A DNA stretch of 64,000 nucleotides from the human T2T-CHM13v2.0 reference genome, Homo sapiens: assembly GCF_009914755.1 (NCBI RefSeq), contig NC_060929.1; one strand, given 5' to 3'. This document shows, in pieces, positions 1-11,850 of this stretch. Numbering within the stretch: the first letter of the stretch is position 1; the number at the start of each line of letters is the position of its first letter. The position numbers and the translations under genes are program-made. The notes beneath the pieces were generated by a model that was not told where the DNA came from, made no database searches, and was given only the letters and a program-made list of their open reading frames with translations.

Positions 1-1481
1 TTCCCAGTTGTTGGGGCTGGAAGTTTCCTCAGCATGTGTTTAGAGTTGATATGCAGTGGAAGGAAAAGGCCTTTAAGAAGGATAGTTAGGCATGATTCCC
101 AGAGGACAGAGACAGAGTTAGAGAAGATTGCAAGGTGTTTGGCTCTGCAGGGGAAGGCCAAGGCCAGTTTATGTAGAGAGGCTGCAAGCCGATGCTGGAG
201 GGGTGGTTTTCTTTAGCTGCAGAGCATAAGCAGAGTCCTTCTGATCTTAGGTGTGACTCAATATGGGGAAGAGTCGTATCCCTGATTTTTCATGAGGCAA
301 GCTTGGCTTCTTCAGGGACTGTGGCCTAGAGGGGCTGGGATGCACTGAGGTGGGTAAGAGAAATGTCCTAAAGTAATGTAGGCATTGACTGTGAGCAATG
401 TGTGTGTTAATACTGCCTCATTTATACCCATCGGCTACTGAAGCCTGGAGATATTTGAGGCACAAATGCTTTATCCCATTTAATTTTCATTATAACCTAT
501 GACATAGGCATTATTATTCCAACTTTCCTGATGAGGAAAGTGAGACAGAGGCAAGGCTGAGTAATTTGCTCAAGTGACCACATTAATAAGTGTTTGGACC
601 TGGGACTGACTTCAATAGGCACCTCTCAGCTACATCTCCAATTCTGCTTCCCAGAAACCCTGCTTGACATTTCGAAGACACACCCACTTGGGTTACTGGG
701 GAGGCTGAGCGCCCTCTTAAGGCAGAAGTCACGGGGGTAAAACCATGTCCTCATAACGCCTTTGGTATTTTGGAAGGAATTTTAGGCTTTATGAATGATG
801 TCTTTTCCCAGGGAGACATTTCTAGCATTCTCTGGGGAGATAACAAAGGACCAGCTAGGGAATTAGAAGAACCCTAGAGTCCCAAGAAAGGGAGTCATCA
901 CTGAATGACAGCAATGATGCTTCCTTTTGGAGCTGCAGAGAACTTTATAGTTTCTAGAGCATTTCCTCTCATATCAGTTCATTTGGAAGTTCACACACAC
1001 ACACAAAAAAAAACCTCTGTGAAGCAAAAGCTCATATGTCCATTCTGCAAATGGGGAATGAAACTCAGAGAGCTTCAATGACTTGCCCAAGACCACAGGG
1101 TTAGGAGAATCAGGCTAGAAACCTGGTCAACAGAAACCCAGTTCAGGATTCCTTCCCTTTAACAGGTACTCCCTTGAACCATGGTGGGTGACTTATCTTC
1201 ATCTAATGGAGGCTGGTGCTGTGACTCAGCCAGCCAGAGGTCCAGACATTAGGGTGGTGCCTGAAGATAATCAAACATTCATATGAGAGACATGATCCAG
1301 AGTGCAGTACCAGCCACAGAGCAGCACCACCTTCATTCAAATCCTGGCATTTCATAGACATAGAGGCTGATTATAGATTAGTTTCCCGAAGACTGATACA
1401 TGAAAAACTAGTTTCACCATGAGAAGAAGCCTGTGGTCATGTAATACATATTGTATCCTTTATCTATTAGAGTAGTGATTC

Positions 1482-1618
1482 TTTTTTTTTTTTTTTTTTT
1501 TTTTTAATAGAGACAGGGTCTTGCTATGTCCCCCAGGCTGGTCTCAAACTCTTGGCATCAAGCAATCCTCCTGTCTCAGCTTCTCATAGTGTTGGCATTA
1601 CAGGCATAAGCCACTGCG
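1482..1618 (-). mobile_element. Alu monomer (FLAM/AluJ left arm)
   Basis: Poly-T followed by agacagggtcttgctatgt...caggctggtctcaaactc...ttacaggcataagccac. Confidence 0.85.
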
Positions 1619-1882
1619 TGATGCATATTGAAGGCTCTGTAATATCTTTAAGAAAAACAGAAAACAAAAACAAAAGCTGTTTGACTGTTTAACTAAAGGT
1701 TTCCAAATTTATCTGAGCACAAAATCTTTTTTTTAAGGTAATACTTATTAGCAGCCCATGGAACTGCTAAGACCAACTTGTTTTCTTAAGTCGCTGAATT
1801 AATGGGTTGATTTTATGCCATGTGGGCAGAATCTTGGAAATGTTTTATAGTTTTATATTCAAGCCTGAAGCCTCAGGAGATG

Positions 1883-1925
<43 letters not shown>

Positions 1926-1930
1926 GTCTA
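1883..1930. repeat. (TCTA)10 TCTG TCTA tetranucleotide STR
   Basis: Direct reading of the tandem repeat. Confidence 0.97.
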
Positions 1931-4101
1931 TCAAGTTGTAAAGGGCAGTGCATTTAAGTAGGTCTTGCTGCTAGTTATTTCATAACTTGAATACTCAGGG
2001 ATAGATTGTGCTCATGCAAGTATGCTAAAATTCATAAATTAAAAATGGAAGCCCATTGTAATATTAATAAGACTTTTAAATATTGGTTAGTTTCCTGGTA
2101 ATTCATGAAGAATAAATGTCAAGGAGAGCTATGAGTCTGTCTGCTGTCGCATGATGGCATACAAGGTTTGAGAAAATGTATCCCTTGAAGGTCTTAGAAA
2201 TGAGCAGGTTGACATTTTATGCAGGTCATTTATCATCTTCCTACCTATGGATTACAGCAGACACTTGACATTCATGTTGATTTCCTGAGACCTTATGACT
2301 CCCTTAATTGGCAAATACCACTGGAGCCAATCATTTCCCTCATGAAACATTTTAATTCTGATCCAAACTATCATGTTCATGGAGGGCTTCATTTCTTCCT
2401 TCTCATTCATCCCCAGGGCCATTTTGAACTTGGTAATTGACAAAAGAGGACATATAGTTATCAGGTGGGGGCCAGACTTCTGCACTAACTGAGTAACTCC
2501 AGCCTCCATGTCAGTTTTGCTAGGAGATTTGAATTTATGTTTCAGAAAAATGGTGAATGCCCACATGCCATGGACTGTTGAAGTTGTGCATAATTAGCCC
2601 AAACTGTGAATATAAATCTGCAAATGCCAAGCATCTTCTTTTGTGTGGTTTTTAGACAACTTCCATCTTCACCATGAGCTGGGAGGCAGGAGGATAATCT
2701 GGCTTCAGGAAGGAAGAAAATGTTTGTAGTTCTGGGAACTCCAGCTCATTTTTACCACTGCCTGACAGCCTCCACAGCAGGGTTTGTTTGAACCCCAAGG
2801 GAAAGGATATCTCAGCAGCTTCAGGGAGTGACTGCGTACTTTGGTGAAAAGCCCCAGCGAGCTCTTGGTTTAAGCTAAAAGGTGAGTTTTCCTGAGCTGA
2901 GTAAATAGTATTGTACTGTACTTGAAACTGCAGCCTGATTCTCCCAACTTCCAACAACACTGTGCTTTCTAATATTAATCTCAAAGGCCACCTTTCCCAT
3001 GAGTCATCAATTTCATCTTTGAGCTCAGAGTCTTAGGCAAAGTTGTTTTTCTTAAAATTTGTGATTATTATAATATCAAAGTAAAAGGGCAGGAAGATTT
3101 TATCAAACTTGGAAACTCTCCCTGGATAAATTTCACAGATATATATATGGTTGTTGAAGGCACAAATTAAGACACACACAAATTAAGATAATCAGGAAAC
3201 AGAAGGAATACCCAGAGGCCAGTCTGGGGGCTTTAAAAATACCATTCAGTTTTGATCAGGTGAAAAAGCTTAAAACATTAAAACCCCTCAAAGACCAAAC
3301 AGCTCCTTTGCTTATGTGGAAAGCACATTGATATTTAAACATGTGGATCTCTGGAATGCTTTAATTTTCATCAGGATGAGTAATGTCATCTAATAAAAGA
3401 GCAGATTCTAAAGCATCCAGAGTAGATCCAAAGTGGGAACATAATTTACTTTTGCTCCTTATAATCTTAATCTGAGTAGCCACTACAGGTCTGAGGGCTA
3501 CTGGTGACCACAGCCATTAAAGACACTTGGATGTCTATTGAGGAGGTGGCATGAGTTTACTTTTGGGAAAGTCTACTTGAGCTTCCTTAGGGCTTTCATA
3601 TGCCTTTGGAGTGCAATTCTTCTATAAGCCTCCCAGGGCTGTTGATCCCATAAGCTCTTTACATTAATACATTTTCTACACAACTAGTCCTCAGGCACAC
3701 AGAGGAAGCTCAATAAATGCTTTTGAAAGATCTGAGTTTTATGTTTCTCGAGAAGACTTGGGAACTGTGTTGCTAACTGATAGGAGCCCTCGCGGTGACA
3801 TTGTCCCTGCCAGTGGGTTGAGGCTGAAGATGTCTTCTGCTGTCCAGGCTCAAGGCCTGCTCAGGAACTGACTCATGCTTCTGCTCTCTCTCCTGGTGGG
3901 CTGGGGGCTGAGGTGGGAAGGGATGGTGGAGGGGATCCTAGCAGCCCTGTGAAGCTGACAGCTAGCTCCCTGTCTAAAGAGAATCTGGGTGTCATCATGG
4001 TCACCCTGTGGGAACATAAAATAGACATGAGCAAAAAGCAAGGCCAGCAGCCCCGAGAAGAGAGGTGAGATGGGAAGACCAGGAGAGATGGGGGAGCTTA
4101 C

Positions 4102-4284
4102 CTTCTTGACTTCATATTTAATGGCGAGTTTGATCCGGCTCAGACTTGGACGGTGGTGGTCGGACCAGACTTGGAAGTTCACATCACCGTTTAAAATTGC
4201 TTCCACCTCTTCTGTGTCTCGGCACAGGTCCAGCACGCCCACTACAAAATCCTTGCATTGCATAGATAACTTCCTGTAATCGTT
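4102..4284 (-). CDS. TRPC7: TRPC7 exon 3 (183 nt, phase 0/0; [23 protein letters not shown]...AIKYEVKK)
   Basis: Acceptor ctctctattctgttag|AAC at 4285/4284; donor GTCAAGAAG|gtaagc at 4102/4101. Continues exon 2 in frame (EFK|NDYRKLS), matching TRPC3/6/7 sequence. Confidence 0.97.
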
Positions 4285-4492
4285 CTAACAGAATAGAGAG
4301 AAATCAGCGGTATGTCACATGGAGGCCCGCAGATTGGCTTGCCCAGCATAGCAGTGTCGATCAGCAACTGCTCACCACATGTGACCTTATGGAGCACATT
4401 GGATGCACTTATGGAACGCAGCAGGATGTGCTGGGTGCAGAAGGCGGGGCAATTTCTCTTGACACGTGACCTGAAGGACATTTTCTCTAGGT

Positions 4493-4655
4493 CAGCATGT
4501 GTGAAGGTGTGGTCCATGGGCCACCTGCATCAGAGTCACCTTAGCTGCGTGCTAAAGTTGCAGATTCCCAGGTCCCACCCTAGACTTACTGAGTCAGAAT
4601 ACCTGGTGGTGGGGCCAAGAAATCTGTCTTTTAACTTTGCTCTCTAATGATGTGG
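4493..4655. mobile_element. MER5-type hAT-Charlie MITE
   Basis: gtgtggtcc...cctgcatcagagtcacc...gcagattcccaggtcccaccctagacttactgagtcagaat is typical of MER5. Confidence 0.7.
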
Positions 4656-6959
4656 ATGCCTGCCACAGCCCATCCTGGGCTCTTTCAAAATGGCATTTTT
4701 CTATGCCCAATTCTGAGTCAGTTCTGAGGGAGGAATAATAAGGACATGAACTTTTAGGGCTGATGTAAATAACACTTCGCTCATTTACCACTGATCTATA
4801 TTGGTGACTGCTGCACACAGGAATTTTACTGGAAAGATGGATAATATGCTAAAATTGGAAAAAAAAATTGCACAGGTGTGCTTTTTTGTGTGCCAGAAAA
4901 TCGGCTTGTAAATTATACATTTAAAAATCAAATGTAATTTAACTTTAACAGGATCTTTTCTTCCTAGAAATCCTTTTGTATGGCAAATCATGGCTCCTTA
5001 AATCACCTGCCTGTTGAATAAACATTTTTAGCCCTTGACCTTGTTGTTGTTGTTTCGTATTTTTAATGAGCTGCTTCCAGATTTCTCTCTTCCTTTCCCT
5101 AGGTATACCTGTCTGAATGTCTTTGAGAGGCTAACTTCCTTTCCTAGTGACATGTCAACTTCTCTTTCCCCTAAACAAACTGCTTAAGTTCTAGATAATG
5201 ATCCAAAATGTTGGACAAAGAATGTTTGAGGTTACCTCATACCTCTCCTCCCCAAAAATATTTTCCCTCAGAGGCCTCCTTGCTGGTTTCTTAGTTGAAA
5301 AGAGTCTATTCAGAAAGTACACAAGAGCCAAATGTCACTTTCAATGTTAATCAATGTCAACAACCCTCAGACTGCTAGATAGTAGTTGGTAAAGAGGACT
5401 GTGGTTGTGCTTTTCCAGAACATGGATTTTTCAGCCAATAGTTGGAAGCCTGGCAAACTGCAGAAGCTCAGCCATTTTTCTGAGTTAATGATTCTTATCT
5501 CCTTCCAGGGTTGCTGTATCAAAATGTCACTTTGCATTAGAGAAAGAGGTAAGTAACTGCTTGTTTGCTGGGAAAAGGGAAAAGATCAAGAAAATATTTT
5601 CAGGTGAGAGTAGCTGTCCTTCATTTTTATATATAATTTAGGTAGAAGAAGGGAGTTTCAGAAATTCTGGGTGGAAAAATGACCTCTCGGCTCAGGCGTG
5701 TAAGAAACTTTTGGGGTTCTAGGTTTTGGTATCTAGCACAGAGCTGGCCTGAAGTGTTAGGATTGGAAGAGCCATGCTCTACACTCCTCCAACCCTAACA
5801 CTCACCCATCTGCCATTCACTCATTCATTCATTCATCACTGAGAACCTACTATGTAGCGGACAATGAAAAATTAGTGGTGAACAAGGCAAGTCTCTGAGT
5901 AGTGTGAGGGAAGAGGAGGGGCTTGAGTTCCACCCTCAGATTTGCACAAGGCTAAGTGAAACTTGCTCAGATCTTTTCCTGGCTAATATATTCTGCATAG
6001 CACTGGTAAGCCAGAGGTAGGAGGCTCAAGGTACACTGGGCTCAGCAACATGGACAAGGTGAATCACCTCACCACATGGACCCATTCAACTCTGGCATCT
6101 CCTCTGTGGCAACTCAGGTTCCTTAAATTTCTGGCCCCAACCCCGTAACTTTATTACCCCTTTTCTGAGAACAAGGAATCTCTGGATGTTAATGCCTGTT
6201 ACCAGTAAAACAGACACTGCCCTGTTGGCTAGAACATACCTCATTTCTTGATGGAAACTCCTGCCTAGAGCTGAAGTCATGGGTGGGTATAGGAGAGAAA
6301 GTGAAAAGGACTTGATCCAGCTCTTGTCCCAGGCTCCCCATGCTAGGAGCTAGTCAGGCTGTATTGCCCAGAGCTTCCTCACATATCTGGGTTCAGTGCA
6401 GTTCAGAACAGAAGGTGACACTTCATTAGAGACTGTCACTTCCCTGGGCTCTTTCAGCCAGCCTGCCATCAATAGGAGAGGCAACAGAGCAGCCAAAGCA
6501 GGTAATTTGCATTTTTCCTTCTGCATTAGACACTTGGGCTGGAAGGCAATAAGCGTTCTGCTGTCTGCAGTTGGCTAGAGGGGATAGAGAGAACCCAGGC
6601 CTGCGAGGAAGAAGATGACAGGTACATGAATGGAAGCAGAGAGGGCCATTGATGAACATCTCTTGGGAATTGTGATGATTATAAGTCATTGAGCCAAACC
6701 TGAGCTCAATTAGCCTTCCAAGACACACTCCTCACTGTAATTGGAAGGAGATGACATACACCCTCCAGACTTCATAGGTGCCCTTTACATTTTATTTTAA
6801 ATATTCCTGAACACTGAGGTCTGCCAGATCTAATGGGTGACAGGTGCTCTACCTGCATTATCTCATTCAGTCCTTATAAAAACGCCACAATGGAAGGCTG
6901 ATCACCATTCCCAACTTCCAGATGAGTAAAGTGAGACCAGAGAGATAAAGTAACAGGCA

Positions 6960-9590
6960 GATCTACGCTCTTCCTTATATCTGCCACTGATCTCTAGGTC
7001 CCTCTCTCACCTTCCTTGGATATTTAGCCTGTCTCACATCAGTCTCCCAACATGACTGCATTGTTATTCTTGATGGTTTCACTATCTTGGAAGATGACCC
7101 TCACATTCCCTGCCCTTTCATTTCCTTGACAGCCCATTTTCTGATGACCTAATTCCCAACTCAAACTCAGCCATTGACTCTCTTAGTTATTCCAATAACT
7201 GCAGATCCTTCCCTACTGCAACTTCAAGTGTCCCTTCTCCAACTACCACCTCCTATATGTCCAGCTCACTCCCTCTAGGACCCCTACTCCAGCAATCCTT
7301 TGATTCCACCTTCCTTACAGCCACTGACTGTACCTCCTTTTCACTGTTGTTTTTTTTTTACCCACCTTATGTCACTGTCTCTCTCCTTGCAGAGCTGATA
7401 TTTCATGGTCAATGAAATGGTCTCTTGTCCTTCTTTTATTCCAATGTCCCCACTGGATAAAAGCCTGACCTTGGTTGGGTCTAACTCTCTACCAGTGTGT
7501 TCTTGCCTCTGCACAGTGAATGTGGCTGAGAACACACAGCTGATTATTGTGCTGTAAACTCACTACCTCCAGCCTCAAGTCATCCTTAGTGCTCTTGGGC
7601 AGTTTACTCTCCTACTCTCCTAAATAGTCATTTCATATATTCTTCTTTCCTCAGTCCTCTAATATCTCCTTCTCCTCCTCTCAGATGAGGACCTTATTTC
7701 CTATTTTATCAAGAAATAGAAGTCATCAGAAGAAAAGTCCCACATGTTCACACCTACATGTGTCTCTGCTCCTGCACTCTGTGTTCCCTCCTCTGGCTGT
7801 GAATGAACTGCCCCTGCTCCTCTCCAAGACCATCTCCTCTGCTTATGTGCTGGATATCAACCTCCTTTGGCTACTCAAGGATGTGGCAATCTTCCTTTCT
7901 CTCTCCTGAATTCTCATCTTCTCCCTTTCCCTACTTGCTCATCATACAAACACGCTGTTGTTTCTCTTGTTTTAAAAAGAAATTTCTCTTGACCCCACTT
8001 CTCCCTTCAATGACTACTCTAATTTTCTGTCTAATTTTATAGCAAATCTCTTTAATAGGGTTGTCTACATTCATGTCTCCATTTTGCCCTCCTTGTACCC
8101 TTTCTTGTCCCCTTCAGTAAGGCTTTCCTCTCCACTGACTACTGTGACTTTTCTTGTCAAGGTCATAAATCACGTTCATGTTGCTAAATTCAATAGTTGG
8201 TTCCCAGTCCTCATTTTACATGACCTACCAAGTGCTTTAACATGGCTGATCACTTCCTTCTCCTTGATACATACTCTTCACTTGGCTTCCAGAATAACAT
8301 ACTCTTCTGTCTTTATCTTTTTTCTGAATGACTACTTTTTGCATTCTTTGTTAATTCATTTTCATCTCCCTTACAATTTAATTTTTGGAATTCCCCAAAC
8401 TGTGTCCAGCCATTGGAATTCTTCTTTTATCCATTTACACTGATTGCCTTATTGATGTTTTCTAGTGTTATGAATTTCAATACCACCCATACACTGGAGA
8501 GTCCAAAATGTGTATCTTTCACCCACCTTTCTTCTCCGTATCCAATTACCAACTTTATATCTCCACTTGGATGTCTAATAGGCATTTTGAACCTCATAAA
8601 ATTAACTCTGGATCTAGTCTCCTACCTTATTTAGTATTCCCTATTCTTTCAGTTGTCCTAGACAAAAAAAAAAAATCTTGAATTTATCCTTGATTGCTAC
8701 CTTCCTTTCATAACCCACATATAATTTGGTAGCAAATCCTGCAAGTTCTACTTGCCAAATATATCCATACCCTGACCTCTTTTCACCAATTTTACTATTT
8801 CTACCTTGGTCCAAACCATCATAATGTATTGCTTGGACTAACCCTAGAAACTCCCAACTGGTCTCTCCGACTCTGTCCTTGTCCTGTGTAGTTGATTCCA
8901 CCAGGCAGAGGAATACTTAGAAAAAGTAGTCAGATCCTGGGACTTCTCTGTACACCCGCTCCAAAGGCTCCCTATCCAAAGTAAAAGTGGGGTCGTCAGT
9001 CACTGATCTCTGGGTCACTCTCTCACCTTCCTTGGAGATTTTAGTTCCTGTCCTACATCATTCTCCCAACATTACTGCTGTTGTTATTCTTGGTGGTTTC
9101 AAAATCCTGGAAGATGACCCACTACCTACACTATCCTCCAGCCTCCCCATTTTCTCCCTGGTTTTATTTACTGGGGGTCTCCCCCGGATTCAGTCTACTC
9201 CAGCCACTCTGGTGCCCCTGCTATTCTTCAAACACACTTAGTGTGGACCAGACCTTTACACTGGCTATTCCCCTTGCTTGGACTCCTCTTTCTCCAGATA
9301 TCTACATGAACAACCCTTAAGCCTTCTCTGACTATCTTTTTAAAAAAGTGTGGCTCCTCCACTCCTCATTACCGTTCCCTGCTTTTCCTTTCTGTTTTCT
9401 TCATAGTACTTATGACTGCCTGATGTACTATATATTTTACTTATTTTTATATTTATTGTCCATGTCTCCCACTAGAATATAATTTTCTTGAGGGCATGGA
9501 TTTTTTTCTGTGTCATTCACAAATATATCCTGAGATCCTAGAACATTTCCTGGAGCATGGTGGGCACTCAGTAAGTTACTTGTTTAATTA
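6960..9590 (+). mobile_element. Long degenerate L2 (LINE-2) element
   Basis: Endonuclease-like remnant near 7000-7100, a pyrimidine-rich L2 ORF2/3' body, and an L2 3' end (cccactagaatataa...gagggcatgga...gggcactcagtaag). Confidence 0.8.
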
Positions 9591-10524
9591 ACTGGAACAG
9601 TGAACTTCCCTAAGTTGACACAGCTACTAAGTGATATAGCCAAGATTCAAAACAGGTTGGTCTGACTCAAATCCTGATCTTTCCCTCTCATCCTGTTGCC
9701 TCTTGGGGAGCAGCGTGTTTCCTTCTATTTGGCACACTTGAGGCTCAATTGTGCTGACTCTCAACTAACTTGGGGGAAACAAAATGTGGGTAGGGATAAG
9801 GATATATGAATCCCTGACAGATTCTATAGTATAGTCAGTAAGTGCACAGGTTTTGCAGTCAGGAGGACCTGGAATTGGAATTCTTATTTTACTACTTGCC
9901 AGTTAATTGATAAGTTTCCTATTGATAAAATTGATAAGTGGAGAAAGCCATTTAACTCTTACGCATCGCAGCTTTCCATCTGTACTAAGGTACACACTGT
10001 TCAATCATTCGGAGAATTCAACACCAAACTCATGTCAAATGCTCAGGATAGTTAATAATAAATAACACAAATAACAAGATAAAAACTTAAAAACTGATAA
10101 TAAAAATAAGCATGTAAATGGCAATTTACATGATTTCAAACTCCTGATCTCTTGCCATTTGTGGTTTATAATTACCGGAGTGGGAGTAAGACTGGCTCAT
10201 GGGTAGGAGGAAAACAAAAAAATACTGGATAAACTCTTGACTCATCTTTCTTGCACTCCAGATAAAATCTGTAAATTGAAGTGCCTTACAAATGGACTGA
10301 TGTACTATATAAGCTTTTGAGACTGGGTCCTTTCCCTCAGCTTGATCACTTTGAGATTTATCCATGATGTTGCATGCATCAATAGTCAATTTTTCTATTT
10401 CACATCCACTATATGGATGTATTAGTTTGTTGATCTATTTACTCACTGAAGGACATTTTGTTGTATCCAGTATTTGACATTTGGGAATGAAGAAGAAGGC
10501 TGCTATAAATATTCCTGTACAAGA

Positions 10525-10818
10525 TTTTTTTTTTTTTAAGACGGAGTTTCACTCTGTTGTCCAGGCTAGAGGGTACTGGCACAATCTCAGCTCACAGCAA
10601 ACTCTGCCTCCAGAATTCAAGCAATTCTCCTGCCTCAGTCTCCCAAGAAGCTGGAATTACAGGCACCTGCCACCAAGCCCTGCTAATTTTTGTATTTTTA
10701 GTAGAGACAGGGTTTCACCATGTTGGTCAGGCTGGTCTTGAACTCTTGACCTCAAGTGATCACCTGTGTCAGCCTCCCAAAGTGCTGGGATTACAGGCAT
10801 AAGCCACCATACCTGGCT
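10525..10818 (-). mobile_element. AluS, full length
   Basis: Alu antisense sequence with poly-T, flanked by the TSD aatattcctgtacaag on both sides. Confidence 0.95.
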
Positions 10819-11490
10819 AATATTCCTGTACAAGTTTATTGTGTGAACATAAGTTTTTTATTTCTTTAGGGTAAATGCCTAGGAGCGGGATTGCTGAATA
10901 TACAGTAAATGCATGTTTAACCTTGTAAGAAGCTTCCAATTTGTTTCTGGAAAGGTTCTACCATTTTATATTCTACTAGCAAATTATGAATGTTCTAATG
11001 CTCCATATTTTCACCAGCACTTGGTATTGTTAATTTATTGCCTGTTTTTATTTTCATTTTTAGAGTTGGGTCTCACTATATTGCCATGGTCATGAACTCC
11101 TGGGTTCAAGAGATACTCTTGCCTCAGTCTCCCGAGTAGCTGGGACTACAAATGCAGGCAACTATGCCCTGCATGTCAATTTCTTTTCTGTGTCATGGTA
11201 TCTCATTGGGATTTTAATTTGCATTCCCTAATGGCTAATAATGCTCCACATCTTTTCCTGTGCTTATTTGCCATCTTTGTATCTTCTTTGATAAAGTTTA
11301 TATTAAAATCCTTTGTGCACTTAAAACATTGTTTTTAAGTTGTTGAGTTTTGAGAGTTCTTTATATATTCAGGATACAATTCCTTTTTAAGAGATAGGAT
11401 TTGTAAATATTTCTCTTAGTCTGTGGCTTATGTTCACATTCTCTTAGTAGTATAGTTCAGAGAGCAAACATTTTTAATTCTGATGAAGTC

Positions 11491-11850
11491 TGATATGGTT
11501 TGGCTGTGTCCCCACCCAAATCTCATCTTGACTTGTAGCTCCCATAGTTCCCTTGTGTTGTGGGAGGAACCCAGTGGGAGATAATTGAATCATGGGGCGG
11601 TTTCCCCCATACTGTTCTTGTGGTAGTGGATAAGTCTTACAAGAGCTGATGATTTTGTAAGGGAAAACCCCTTTCACTTGGCTCTCATTCTTCTCTTGTC
11701 TGCTGCCACGTGAGACGTGCCTTTCACCTTTGGCCATGATTGGGGCCTCCCCAGCCATGTGGAACTGTGAGTTTATTAAACTTCTTTTTTTTCATAAATT
11801 GCCCACTCTTGGGTGTGTCTTTATCAGCAATGTGAAAACAGACTACTACA
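11491..11850 (+). mobile_element. THE1 (MaLR) solo LTR
   Basis: Starts tgatatggtttggctgtgtccccacccaaatctc, ends gactactaca; 5-bp TSD AAGTC on both sides. Confidence 0.92.
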
